Counted from the stretch's first letter, positions 1 through 13,711 are shown. The stretch: 64,000 bases of DNA from Octopus sinensis (GCF_006345805.1 NC_043004.1:88598001-88662000), one strand, 5' to 3'. The notes: generated from the sequence alone by a model not told the origin. Translations and numbers: made by a program.

Positions 1-574
1 TTTCTCTCATTTTTGTTTTGTATTTTATTTTAAAGCAAGCTGGATATTTTATTACGATTTCCGTTTAGCGGTGTAAATGTGAGAACATTGAAGTAGTAAC
101 CACACTGGAAGTAAGAAAACTTTAGAGAATAGTCACCGCCATTATATTAGGCATGACTATATTTTAAACAACTGCGGCTGTAGAAGCAACCTAGTTGAAA
201 GTAGAGACACACCATGACCGTAATTATCGCTCAGGCCAGAGCCGTTGACAGGACGTCAACATCAATATGACAGTAACGGCCACCATAATAGTAACCGTAA
301 GATTTGACAGTAGCCGTGATTTAACACCTGGATATGCATTGGCTGTCATATATTGCTAATGAGGCGTTTTCATGTCGAGAACTTTCAGTGGTTCAATGCT
401 GTAGCGTATTGGGAAACTAACTGAAGTGTTCACTGATCGAATCTGGTCGACGGTGTTGCGATCTGCCTGTGGCTTGTTGTAAATTTGTTCAGTGATTTCA
501 GTAAACAATGAGTCTACAGCAAAATATTGATTTCAAACTCTCAAATTCTTTTGCAACAAAGCCAACAATTTAGT

Positions 575-733
575 GGGACGAGCCTAGACAATTATATCGA
601 TTATAGTGCTCAACAAGTAGTTATTTTATCGATCCCGAAAGCATGAAAGACAAAGTCGACCTCGACGGAATTTGAATTCGGGCGGAGGAAACGCCGCTAA
701 GCATCTTGCTAACGATTCGGCCAGCTCGCCGCC
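575..733 (-). mobile_element. SINE family A (tRNA-like head GGCGAGCTGGCAGAATCGTTAGC, body CCTTTCATCCTTTCGGGGTCGAT), degenerate
   Basis: Similarity to the other copies in this window. Confidence 0.7.
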
Positions 734-765
734 TTGACTATTGCAAAATATTGAGTAGTATTATG

Positions 766-1474
766 GGATCTTTACCTTTTGACCGACAGATTTAAAAACA
801 TAATTTTTTTAACTAAACACTTTCAAACTTCGGACTCTGGTAGAATGTGTCATATATAACATGTTTTACTCTTGGCGTTTTTGAAAAAAGCTTATATTTA
901 GGAAGTTATTTCACGTTAAAGTTGTCGTAATTCGGTAATTTCAACCAATCAATGACGTGTATTCAGCTGACTAAAATTACTGCTGCTGATTGTCAACAAG
1001 AACTTCTGGCGGTGTATATTTCGTTAGTCGCTCTTATTTATGACAACCCTAAGCCTAAAACCTTAACTGTAACCCTAACCCTAAAATCCTAACCCTAACA
1101 CCCTAACCCTAAAACCCTAACCCTAACACGCTAACCCTAAAACCCTAACCTTAATCCTAAAACCTTAAAGCTAAAACCAGTACAAACGCACGAACGCTGT
1201 CATAAATAACAGTGACAAACGAAATATATACCGCCGATAGTTGTTGACAAACAACGACAGTAATTTTATTCAGATGAATACACATCATTGGTTAGTTGAA
1301 CTTACCGAAATACGACAATTTCAACAAGAAATAACTTCCAAAATACAGAATTTTCTCAATAACGCCAATAGTAAAAGATGTTTTATGTGATACATTCTAC
1401 AAGTATAGGAAGTTTAAAAGTGTTTAGTTACAAAAAAATATTTTAAAAATCTGTCGGTCAAAAGCTAAATATCC
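766..1474. mobile_element. Foldback MITE, GG termini, 8-bp TSD, internal (CCCTAA)n
   Basis: TSD GTATTATG at 758-765 and 1475-1482; long imperfect TIRs; telomere-type repeats ~1046-1165. Confidence 0.85.
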
Positions 1475-1669
1475 GTATTATGTTGGTATATTTGGGTACA
1501 GAGCCAAATTCCACCATTGCTTATGCTGCGCTTTTTTCAAAACATGAAACAAACGAGTAAGAGAAATACCTATGATACAAGATGTGTCTAGCAAAGTATT
1601 TCGTGAATGTATGAGAAAATGGAAAGTTCCTCTTGGTCTTAGCGATCTTAATACACAAAATAATCATCC

Positions 1670-1851
1670 TTTCTACTGTAGACACAAGGACTGAGATGTG
1701 TGGGGAGTGGACTAGTCAATCACACCGACCCTAATATTTAGCTGGTTCCTATTTTATCAGCCTGGAAAGGATGAAAGGCAAAGTAGAACTTGATGGAATT
1801 CGAAAGCAGAACGTAAAGACAGACAAAATGCCACTAAACGTTTTGTGCGGC
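1670..1851 (-). mobile_element. SINE family A, degenerate
   Basis: GGATGAAAGGCAAAGT body motif. Confidence 0.6.
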
Positions 1852-2591
1852 AATACACAGTATGACAATAAAATTAAGTAACATATAAAACCACAATTAT
1901 GATAACAATAAACAGACGGCAGGAAAACATGGTATGACGTCAGAGAGAGGAATATCAATAAACATGCGTGATTAAGAACCGATCACACTTCGATACCTAA
2001 TATAACACCTCAAAATGCTATTAGATTGTCCTACTGTGAAGAAATACTTTTATATAAAATAGTACAGGAATACCACAAACAATAACATTTTAACTGATTC
2101 TTTTGGAGCCAGACGTTGTAAAGAATCGTCGACTTTAATTATAAAATAAAAAATAATAGACTTCGCTCATCAACATATATTGCTGCTATGGTTATGAAAA
2201 GAATCGTATTTGCTCGCTCAAAATACCCCTCAGATAATTAAAAAAAAAGCAAAAACATCGCAAACGTCCTTTATACCAAAATGCGAATAATATAAACATA
2301 ACTGTTGCTATTTCTCTGGCTTCTGAACGACCTTCTGACACAATAAACACGATGCGAAATTTCTGCGAGTGATAAAACAGAGAAAGAAAAAAAACACAAC
2401 GTGGTTTATTTCGGCAAGACAGCATTTAAATGGAATCTTAAATGAAAATTCATTTATATTTAAAATCAGTGAGTATTTAAAACAATTATATAACTGAATA
2501 ATAATAATTTTTAAAATCTGTAACTTTTCGCAAGAAAATGACATCACTAATTCTAAAATTCTTAATCGCTCATTCATGGAAAGCTTCAGTA

Positions 2592-2625
<34 letters not shown>

Positions 2626-2688
2626 ATGGCGGTGCCCCAGCATGGCCACAGCTCGTGAGCTGAAACTAGATAAAATAAAAAATAATAA

Positions 2689-2735
<47 letters not shown>

Positions 2736-4565
2736 TGTATTTATGTATGTATGTATATGTACATGCATACATGCATACATACATACATACATACATACAT
2801 ACATACATACATACATACATACATACATACATACATGTTTCTGTACGTCTATCTGTGAGTGTAGTTTTAATGATAGATTTGCATAGTTCGTAAGAATACA
2901 TCCGGATTAATAATAGACTGTAGATTCTCGCTAATTCACATAATGCCAGCTAATTCAATCATTCAACAGAAATAATGACAAGGAATGTTCTTTTATTTAG
3001 TTTCCTAATGCAAAGCTGTCAATGAAAAATATACTTTTTGCTGGTTTATGCTTTATCTGTTACAGATTCTCACCTATTATAGAGCAGTATTATTAAACCA
3101 AATTTTAAACATATCAAGAAGGCTTCTCTAACAATGTATCATAAGCTTTCACTCATCATTGAGAACGATAGAAACATAATAGTAATGTTATAACATTTAC
3201 CACCAATACGGTGACATCTTCCTAAGTTCGGTCAGAAATCCGAATCTTACTTCGAGTTTTGGCAACACAATAGATGCTGGAGACAGTTACCGACTGCATC
3301 CCCACGCAAGACTCTCAAAGCTGCGGGAAAGCCCACTTGCTACATCTACCCCTCTGGCGTTATGGGATATTCTGTCCTTAGGGAAGAAAGGAAGGTTGGA
3401 AGAAAACTGATGGATTGCCTTTCATCGTGAAATTTACTCGATTTGAGCTGACCTTGGATTAAACAACAGCGTCACAATTATCGGTGATTTAAGACTTCGT
3501 GGGTGTGCGTACTAAGTAAAACGTTCTAATCAACAAATAATTAGGGTTTTTTATAAAATAAAAAGACCAACATAACAACGAGGGAAGACCACTGTTTCAC
3601 TACGTCATCAATTATTCTGCTAGAAGTAGCAGCCAAATCTTACTCAACTCACTCTCGATCGTCTTAAAATATAAAGAATAGGTTATCTAATAACTGTACT
3701 TATTCAGATTTTGTTGTACCAAATGGCTTACAACTTGGAAGTTATAAATTTTGTGAGGCATCAGGGTATTTGAAAACTGTAAAACTATCCTCGTTTAACA
3801 ATAATTCATTCGTCACTGATCTAGAATAACACGGTACGCTAATTGCGGCACAAGTTACACATATCCCGAATTGATCTGTGATAACACGGGTTAATGATCA
3901 GTCAGAGATTCTGCTTGGACAGCACAAGTGCATCCTAGCGACCAACCACAATGTTTAGGACAACTTGGGGTCTCGGAACGAAACATATTTTTCTTATACA
4001 TTATATTATTCATTCATCACTGAATTATTTAACACGGCGCTTGATTTTTTTTTTTTTAGACGAAACACACGTGATATTCAAGAAATATTCTAGAAATATT
4101 TTGTCGCTGTTAAGCTCCCGACAATCTTTATTTGTTTATGAAGATATCAGGAAGGTGAACATGCAACTATATACAGATAAATGAAATATTGAATAAAAGT
4201 ACATCATAAAAAAAAAATAATAATCTTCTGTAGGACGCGAGATAAAAGTCTTAAGATTATAATGCAGCTAGCTTTTATAATCCTAAATATAAAGTTACGT
4301 GTAAAGTTTGTTATACTCTGGGGAATAAATACTGATCTAAGCATTGTTTTGGCATTTCAATAGGCAAATAGACTTAGAAAAATATGTAACAATGCTTACT
4401 ACTTAATATCGTTGAAATAGAAAATAACCAATATATAAGTATATAAAGTCATGTGTAAAGTTGTTTATACCTGTGGAATAAATACTGATATACCAGCATT
4501 TTGTAATGTTCGTTGTTAATATAATAAATCGCCATATGCACGCTGCACAATGAGGACCGGAACGA

Positions 4566-4941
4566 AGGTGGCGAGCTGGCAGAATCGTTAGCGCGCCGGG
4601 CGAAATGCTTAGCGGGGAGTTCAAATTCCGCCGAGGTCGACTTTGCCTTTCATCCTTTCGGGGTCGATTAAATAAGAACCAGTTACGCACTGGGGTCGAT
4701 ATAATCGACTTAATCCGTTTGTCAATCATTGTTTGTCCTCTCTGTGTTTAGCCCCTTGTGGGTAGTAAAGAAATAGGCATTTCGTCTGTTGCTACGTTCT
4801 GAGTTCAAATTCAGCCGAGGTCGACTTTGCCTTTCATCCTTTCAGGGTCGATAAATTAAGTACCAGTTGTGTACTGGGGTCGATCTAATCGCCTGGTCTC
4901 TTCCCCCCAAAATTGCAGGCCTTGTGCCTATAATAGAAAGG
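4566..4941 (+). mobile_element. SINE family A dimer with 19-bp TSD
   Basis: TSD ACAATGAGGACCGGAACGA at 4547-4565 and 4942-4960; B-box-like GAGTTCAAATTC. Confidence 0.9.
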
Positions 4942-6105
4942 ACAATGAGGACCGGAACGATGACTTGCATATTCATTCGTAATGCATTCCGGGATATTCG
5001 AACGTGAATACGCTAATGCTAATCGTTGTGGTATTTCGTCATTGAAAAACTTCTACTTCCAGATGAGTGTGTGTTCATAACACTCGATTCCTTAGCAGGG
5101 GCACCCGCTGCATGGATATCGCTGTGTCTCCTCATGACGAAGCAGCTACATTAATCTCATGAATCTAACAAGATTTTGTGGCTTTTGTTTATAAATTCAG
5201 CAAAATATTTATTTGCTAATGAGTACTATATATCTGAAACACTCATAAATCGTCATAAGCACGGTAAATAGCAAGATGCAAAGCGATCACATTCATATTC
5301 ATTTTTACCATATTCCGGCATATTCGAACCTGAGTATACTATATCACTTGTATTTCGTCACTGGAGAGCGACTTCTCCTTTCAGACCGAAACAAACAAAG
5401 AATAAATGATTGAAAGAATAAAAGAATATAGTAGTATTATTTCTGTTTTCGCGCAGTATAATTATCACTAGTCGGCTTTTAATACTCTCTGCATTATATA
5501 TGCCAACAATACCTTAACTACTCTTTCATAAAGTCTGTTCAAGGATAATTTTATTCCACACCATACAAGACGTGTATCATGAACGGAAACATGACAGGCC
5601 CATTTTTGAGAGTACAATGCTTACTTAATATTTATAGTATCATTATTTTTTCGAAAAATCAATATTTAAATGTTTGAAAGTTTGAAAATATTTTTTGGGT
5701 GATTTTGCGTTTCGTTATATCAAACCCAGTTATACTTTCATATGCTACAATAGAAGGAGAGGAACAACATCTACACAAAAAGTTTCCTGGAGCCGAAAAT
5801 TAAATAAAATATCAATATATAAAACTAAATAACAAATACTTATTATTTCTGGTAATATGACTGATGTGTGTGTGTGTGTACGTATTTATATATGTATGTA
5901 TATGTATTATTTCTATTATTTTACATTCATATATATATAAATATATATATAATATATATATATATGCATATATATAGAATATATATATGTGTGTGTGCAT
6001 GTGTGTATATATACGCACAAACACACATACATATATTATATATAGATATAGATATATGCATGTATATACATACATTCATATATATGTATGTATATACCTA
6101 CGTGC

Positions 6106-6219
<114 letters not shown>

Positions 6220-6639
6220 GCATGTATGTATACACAAATGTATGTATACACAAATATAAATTTTGTGTACGTTTATGTTTTGGAAAGGAGTTCTAAGTGG
6301 AAAAGAAAACGTTTGATAAAGAATTGGTAACAAAACAGAAATGAAAGAGTTCCTTGGAATCGAATGTTTTCCAACGGAAAGAGAGGTGTAGCATTCATTT
6401 ACGAAGGAATAATACATTGTGAGAAGCAAATATAATGGAAATACAATGAAGGAAAGAAAGAGAAAAAATTGTATGAAATTAGAAAAGTTAAGAGAACAAA
6501 GAAAAAAAATGGCGAAAGAAAGCTATGTAGGAAGGAGCAGTAAAGCACAAGAGAAGTGGAATAAGAAAAATTTAACAAGTTCTTTGTCTCTCTTTATATA
6601 TCTCTCTCACTCTTTCTTTCTCTCTCTCTCTCTTTCTCT

Positions 6640-6699
<60 letters not shown>

Positions 6700-6974
6700 A
6701 CACACATCTGATTAGCAGCTACCCCCAAAATGTCCTCAAGGTGCTGCCTTCCTAAAAAAAGACTACCTTAGGATAAATATAGGGAATACTCCTGGTATTG
6801 AAGATATCATATAATCATCAACACCAGAAATATCGATATAGCATTCCCATCAAACCTCTATCAACTGCAAACATAACAAACACACCAGTGATTGGTGTTT
6901 GGAGCAGACCTGAGAAATAACGTACGGTCATAAAGTTTAGCTGCCCTACTCATGTGTATAGGTCTTCGAAAATC

Positions 6975-7396
6975 AAAGAGATAGAGGGTATCCCAGCATG
7001 GCCGTAGTCTAATGACTGAAACAAAAGATAAAATAATAATCGGAGCACTTGGTTATATTTGTAAATCTCTGAGTGACAAATTGGAAAAGCTAAGGTTTTC
7101 ACAAAAAAACAAAAAGTCCGCTAATAGGCCCAGGCGTGGCTGTGTAGTAAGAAGCTTGCTCCCCAACCACGTGGTTTCCGGGTTCAGTCCCACTGCGTGG
7201 CACCTTGGGCAAGTGTCCTCTACCATAGCCTCGGGCCCACCAAAGCCTTGTCAGTGGATTGGGTTGACGGAAACTAAAAGAAGCCCGTCGTATATATATA
7301 TATATATACGTATATGTAATTTCAGATTAGGTAGGGTATACAATGCCACTTGCTATAATTAGACTACGGCCATGCTGGGATACCCTCTATCTCTTT
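6975..7396. repeat. Perfect 39-bp inverted repeat around a SINE head
   Basis: 6975-7013 is the exact reverse complement of 7358-7396. Confidence 0.9.
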
Positions 7397-7686
7397 AAAA
7401 ATCACCATAAAATTACGATAGCAATACACACGCGCAACGCAATGAACATTCCAAAAATAGGTTTACCCTTGCTTTGCATACATAGATAAATAATATATAT
7501 TTCAATGCCAATTGATTTCACGCTTTGCACGACAAACATGCTTTGCGATTATCAGTTGAAAACAGCATTTAACATATATTTTAAAAATATTCCACTGCGT
7601 TATCACGTGTGCGTTCCTGACTATAAACGCCCCGCTCGTGTGTGTATACACACACACACACACCACACACACACCACACACCACAC

Positions 7687-7743
<57 letters not shown>

Positions 7744-7960
7744 TATATATATATATATATAATATTATGTGTGTGTGTGTGTGTGTATGTGTGTCTATGT
7801 TTCTGTTTGTCACTCCATCACCGTTTGACAACCGGTGTTGGCATTTGCGTCCCCTTCAATTCGACGAAGGAGAGACCGATAGAATAGGTACCAGGCTTTA
7901 GAAAATAAGTTCTGAGGTCGATTTGTTCGCAGCTAAACGATTGAAACAAATAAAAGAATA
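7128..7960 (+). mobile_element. SINE family B (head GGCGTGGCTGTGTGGTAAGAAGC, internal microsatellite, tail CCAGCATGGCCGCAGTCAAATGACTGAAAC); head 7128-7305 and 3' half ~7780-7960
   Basis: Similarity to the other copies in this window. Confidence 0.75.
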
Positions 7961-8800
7961 AAAGAATAAAAGAAAAACACGCACATTACAAATACAAAAT
8001 GCTAGGGAGACAGTAAAAACACATGACTTTTCTCAAATTCAGCATATGATATTGTTTTTATTGTTTACATTCCAACAAGGGAGCTTTGTCTCTTTGTTAG
8101 ACAAAGCTTTGCTCCTTCTTTGCAATAGCGTATCAAATAATTAAAAAACTGTAGAAAATATATAAATACATACATACATACATACATACATACATACACA
8201 CACATACATACTTGTATGAAAATACAGAAAATAGCAATGAGTTGGAAGAAAATAAAAAATTTAATAGAAGCGAAAATACAGGAAACGAACGAAACCAAAT
8301 AAACACGACGGAAATGGAAGAAAGAAAAAATAAGAGAGAAATAATTGAAAGTAAAGGTAGTCAATAAAAATTGTGTATTTGTTCGATAATTTTCTGTTTG
8401 GGATATTTTCTAATTAAATCAAAAATAACAGATTTTACGTTTCAACAACACGTCATGTAATCTTAGAATCGAATAATCTCGACACGGCTCTATAAAACAG
8501 ACTTAAAAGCGAAAAGTAACAATGCATCGTTTAATTCCATTGAAAACCCAGTGTTATGTAAAGATCTCGTGTAAGATACTTTAGCAATGTTATAATGTAT
8601 AGCATGTTGTAATGTGACGAAGTTTATTTGCGTAAGCCTCTTAATGGTAACACGGTAACTTCCTTATTAAATGTCGTAAGGAAAAAAAAAACCTTTTATT
8701 TCTCTCCAGAAGGAAAACTTAGTGTTGAAACATCAATGCCTGATACAAGATTTATTGTTCGTATATATGTTCACATGCAGAAGGACTTGGTTATCTCGTA

Positions 8801-8835
<35 letters not shown>

Positions 8836-8996
8836 CACCACACACCATATATATAATATATATATATCTATATATATATATATATATGTATATATATGTA
8901 CACACATGTGTGCATGTGTGTATGTGTGTATGCATGTATGTGCAACCAGGTGGACTTACTTGTATGTTATATATGTATGTGTGGTGTCTGTTTGTT

Positions 8997-9049
<53 letters not shown>

Positions 9050-9677
9050 ATATATATGTATATATACGTATGTATGTATGTATGTAGTATGTATGTATGT
9101 ATTTGTGTTTATGTGTATGTGTGCATAAGAACCTCTGATTTGTGTACACACCGCGCAAAGTTGCTCATACGTAGAAGCATTGCTGTAGTTTTAAAATGGC
9201 ACAGCTTCGCTGTAATGAATCGGGAGGTAGCTAACTCCGAAATAAAGCCTGGACGAAAGGGAATAAACGAAACGAAAATGTTCAATCTTTTGAAATGTAA
9301 CAGGAAATGTTGACTGAGCTGCGTTTATGTAGAGAACACAAACACACGTTAATAGCAGCTGATTGAGAATGCTGTCAATGCATGAACATTGAGAGAGGAA
9401 AAACCTATACAGAAATATAGCAACTGCAGCTAAACAACTGTGCCTAAACATATGAATGATATAACATATATAGAGTAGCATCAATAATCAGAGAAAACAG
9501 TCAAAGATCACCATCGATAAAGATTAGTCTATAGGTTAGGATAACAGGCTCGGGGAAGTCATTTGTTGTGACGAGGGAAAGATATAAACGTTTTGGATCT
9601 ATGTCCCTCTTCCACCAGTAAATTAGAGAGAAAACGGCGTTAGGGCTTCCACTGTAAGCCAATAAAACGTGCATAAT

Positions 9678-9727
<50 letters not shown>

Positions 9728-9970
9728 GGTCATGTGTGTGTGTATGTAAGTATGTAGGTGTATATGTATAAGAAATAGGCGTGACAGGAAACATATGAAG
9801 AATTTCTTTAGCTTACATATGTTTAGGTCATAAAATACAAAACTTTCATAGTTGAGTGCCTGAGTAACATCCTATAGCTTATCGGAGCTTCAAACATTAA
9901 AGTGCATTTTATTTCGGAAAACATTTACATTTATGTATATTTATTAATTTCAAACATATGTATGTATGTG

Positions 9971-10004
<34 letters not shown>

Positions 10005-10189
10005 ATATTTATAAAATACATACATACATACATATGTATATGTATAATATATACACGTACATATATATATGAATGCGTTTATATATATATATATATATAA
10101 ATATATGAAGATAATTTTGTAACTTCGTTAAACCGAACAGTATTGTCTTTATTTGTATTCATATATATATACATATAATATATATATAT

Positions 10190-10231
<42 letters not shown>

Positions 10232-10286
10232 CATACATATATATACATATTTATATATAGGAAAAAAGCAACAAGAAAGAATTAAA

Positions 10287-10376
10287 ATCTCGGTACGAGC
10301 GTTTCGTACGAGGACATCTTTAATAAGCTACAAAAAATGCGGTGAATACAGATGGCTCGTACTCGTCAGCCGAAAA
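10287..10376 (-). ncRNA. Type I hammerhead ribozyme candidate
   Basis: CUGACGA (10369-10363); stem II GUACGAG/CUCGUAC; GAAA (10305-10302); stem III AC-GCUC-GU; GUA cleavage triplet; stem I UUUCGG/CCGAGA. Confidence 0.75.
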
Positions 10377-10738
10377 AAACATCAGAGAATTCCCAAACAT
10401 CAAAAGGGGTAGATACAAAAGAGGTTTTAATATTAACTGCATTGAAGAAAGTTCGATTCATGGAGATCCGATGAAAGGTTTTAAACTTACAGAATTTATG
10501 CATATCTACATATAGCTAATATTGAATTTCTAATCAAGTTGTGTGAAGAAATTTTCGGATACAGTCATGCAAAATTTCTGAAAATCCGAGTAAGAAGCAA
10601 AGTGACTGTCATATCATGTAGAGGAAAGTCTGAGTAAAAGCAAAGTGACTGTCATATCGTGTAGAGGAACAGATTGTTATTGGAATTTACAAGAATCGCA
10701 GATAAGTTCGATTCTTATATATATATACATACAGACAC

Positions 10739-10774
<36 letters not shown>

Positions 10775-10789
10775 CTCCCTATCTGGGAG

Positions 10790-11060
10790 CTCTCCAGAGG
10801 TAATTCCTACCATTCCTCCCCTCCTTGGAACTTTTAATGAAATAATTCCTCCCTCCTACAAACTTTCCAGGAACTAATTCCTCCCCCACCTCGGAACATT
10901 CCAGGAAGTAATTTCTCCCCCGCCTCGGAAATTTCAATGAAATAATTCCAGCAAGTAATTTCTCCCTTTCCTCCCTTTCCAGGAAGTAATTCATCTCGGT
11001 CCTCGGAACTTTCCAGGAAGTAATTCCACCCCTTCCTTCCCCTCTTCGAAACTTTCCAGC
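10790..11060. repeat. Minisatellite, ~30-38-bp units (GGAACTTTCCAGGAAGTAATTCC + C-rich linker)
   Basis: About 8 degenerate tandem units; TTCCAGGAA at 10865, 10899, 10977, 11011. Confidence 0.85.
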
Positions 11061-11385
11061 GTGGCACATTGAGCAAGTATCTTTTACTACAGCCTCGGGC
11101 CGACCGGAGCCTTGAGAGTGAATTTGGTAGACGGAAACTGAAAGAAGCCCGTTGTGTATGTGTGTGTGATTGTGGATGTGTGGGTGTGTTTGTTTCTGTG
11201 TTTGTCCCCTCCGCCCCTACAAACACACAAACCCGTCGCTTGACAGCCGATGTCGGTGTGTTTACGTTGCCACAACTTAGAATAAGTACTAGTCTTGCAA
11301 ACGATAAGTCCTGGGGTCGATTTGTTCGACTAAAAGCAGTACTCCAGCATGGTCGCACTCAAACGACTGAAACCAGAAAAAAAAA
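11060..11385 (+). mobile_element. SINE family B lacking its head, fused to a minisatellite
   Basis: Starts at GCGTGGCAC; body and tail intact. Confidence 0.85.
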
Positions 11386-11780
11386 AAAACAAATAAATAC
11401 TAACAATAATTCGTGCGTTTGCTTTTGCGAGTTATTGCCGAAGCGACAATCTGGTAAAGTTGCGGTTTTCAGAGAAAGAAATCAACCAGCTAAAACGTCC
11501 ATTACAAAAGCATTCTGTAATCAACAGAGCAAAACATGCACGACTTTTGTCAGGTTCAACACGTGACATTGTTCTTGCTATCTACATTCCAACAATCAAG
11601 CTCTTTATGTTTGTTAGAAACCAGTTCCTTCTTTACAGGAAGACTTCAAATACATGAAATTGCAAGAGAACGTATGCATATGTACATACATACATAACAA
11701 AAAACATCAATTAATACTTATGTACATACATAAATAGAATTTTTAAATCTCACAACGTGAGATATTCAGCAACAGTATTT

Positions 11781-12213
11781 TGTAGTAAAGATTGTTTGCC
11801 AACATAACATGGCAGTCCTGGTTTAGGACTAATGTTGCTGTAATTTAGCCCCATGAGACATCTTCTACAGCAAGCTATACGACACGATCTGTGTTATGTA
11901 ATATTCATTTTCTAATTTATAAATCAGTGACTAGTTGTCACTTTGAAAACTATGCATTTCGAACGAGAATTTGGCAGCGCCACCTCAAGTCGAGCAATTA
12001 TTCTGTGCTGATGAAGGGAAATAACCCAGAAATCGCGATACACAGATATTGTTTTGAGCTGAGTTGGGGTGCTAGATTCCTTCGTTCGAAAATATAAGGA
12101 CACAGATCGTGTCGTATAGCCAGCTGGAGACGATGTCCCCTGGGGCTGAATTACAGCAACATTAGTCCTAAACAAGGTCTGCCATGTTATGCTGGCAAAC
12201 ACTCTTTACTACA
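11781..12213. mobile_element. MITE-like element with ~115-bp imperfect TIRs
   Basis: 11781-11895 is the imperfect reverse complement of 12099-12213. Confidence 0.7.
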
Positions 12214-12294
12214 TACGTAAATATATTCATATGTCCATGAATACGTACATACGTACATGCACAAATACATACATACATTATAAAAAGTATACAA

Positions 12295-12690
12295 AAGGCG
12301 CACTGGTGAAATGTCCCAGTGAAAACCTTAATAAAATGTAAACATAATATACCTGACATTGTAATTTGGGATGGAGAAGGGAAACTATGTGCAGTTGTGG
12401 GAATCAGCTGCCCAGCGGATGTTAACATATAGCTAAAGATCAGCTATTAGGAAAATACCTATGCTGAACTATTGAGGAATCTACAGCTACCCTATCCTGA
12501 TTACAAGCTCAGGTTTACACCTGTAATTATTGGGGCACTGAGATATGTACTACATTGACTAAATACTAATCTTGAGAACTTAGGCTTCTCAAAACCAGAA
12601 AGGAGAAAGCTGATTGTAAAGTCTACAGATCCAAGCAATCACTGGAACTGTAAAAATCTATAAAACCTTCCAGAAGTATATACGAGCATG
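12295..12690 (+). mobile_element. 3' end of RLE-type (R4/CRE-like) non-LTR retrotransposon
   Basis: Degenerate KCKHNIPDIVIWD...ISCPADVNI...YAELLRNLQ...PVIIGAL...QAITGTVKI (PD-(D/E)xK endonuclease), followed by (TACA)n. Confidence 0.8.
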
Positions 12691-12802
12691 TCTAGATATG
12701 CAAGTATATGCATGAGAAGACATACATAAGACAAAATATACATACCTGCATACATACATACATACATGCATACATACATACATACATACATACATACATA
12801 CA

Positions 12803-12836
<34 letters not shown>

Positions 12837-13222
12837 CATACATACATACATACTTTTACAAAAAATGTGGAACACTAAAATACTGCTCCTTATCGTATAT
12901 ATAAAGAATGATAGAATTCATATAACCTTTTACGAAAGAAAATAGACCTGCATTATTGGAAGATTATTCAGCTTAGCAAAAGAGAAATTCCATCCAAAGT
13001 TTGTAATAACAGAAGAAAAACGCAGATTTTTTGTATTCTCATATTTCATTTCATTATATTTGTTTTGCTTATTTTTATTTATTTATTTATTTTCCGGAAT
13101 TAGTGATTTCTATAACTCGAGGTTCATATTCTACATATACTTATCCTTTTCCCGAATCATTTGTCAAAAACTGACGGGAAAACTTCTCGAATCTATAGTT
13201 GTCAATTCAACACGCATCACAA

Positions 13223-13280
<58 letters not shown>

Positions 13281-13711
13281 CAAAAGATTTTTCTCCAAAT
13301 CTCCGCATATTCAGTAATATATTTTCCTTAAAATAAGCCATGTCACCCTAACAAGGCTTTGTTTAAATTTCTCCTAAATTCTCAATTAGATACGAAAGTT
13401 GTTCCATAGCAAAGCTAAAAGAAAAGAATACCAAAAAATAAATGACAAAAGAATTTAATGTTGAATCTATCGGCTTTCTTGTATTTTTGTCAACGAAAAT
13501 TTTGCGATTTCTTTGTAGGAAACTTCAAGAATATGAAACTGCAGGATTCATTATTATGTATTGTTATCTCATTTGCCTGAGAGCGTATTGTCACGCAAAG
13601 AGGATACTTTCAACGTATTACAGTAAATGGGAATAACTATTAAGCATTCATTTCTAACATATATACATACATACATACATACATACATACATACATACAT
13701 ACATACATACA

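Noticed and set aside
1046-1165. True telomere or chromosome-fusion scar
   Set aside because: The repeats are short, degenerate and lie inside a TSD-bounded MITE.
3240-3470. Possible coding or LINE fragment
   Set aside because: No recognisable motif in the frames I translated; left unassigned.
5050-5095. CAGATGA-GTGT...ACACTC-GATTC hammerhead-like string within a diverged direct repeat (4965-5065 / 5290-5385)
   Set aside because: Both core segments are mutated and there is no cleavage triplet or stem I.
8430-8495. Minus-strand CTAAGA...GAAACGTA motif
   Set aside because: Core lacks a G and stem II is unconvincing; too decayed to call.
10790-11060. CRISPR-like array
   Set aside because: Units are degenerate, linkers are related C-rich sequence rather than unique spacers, there are no cas genes, and the context is eukaryotic.
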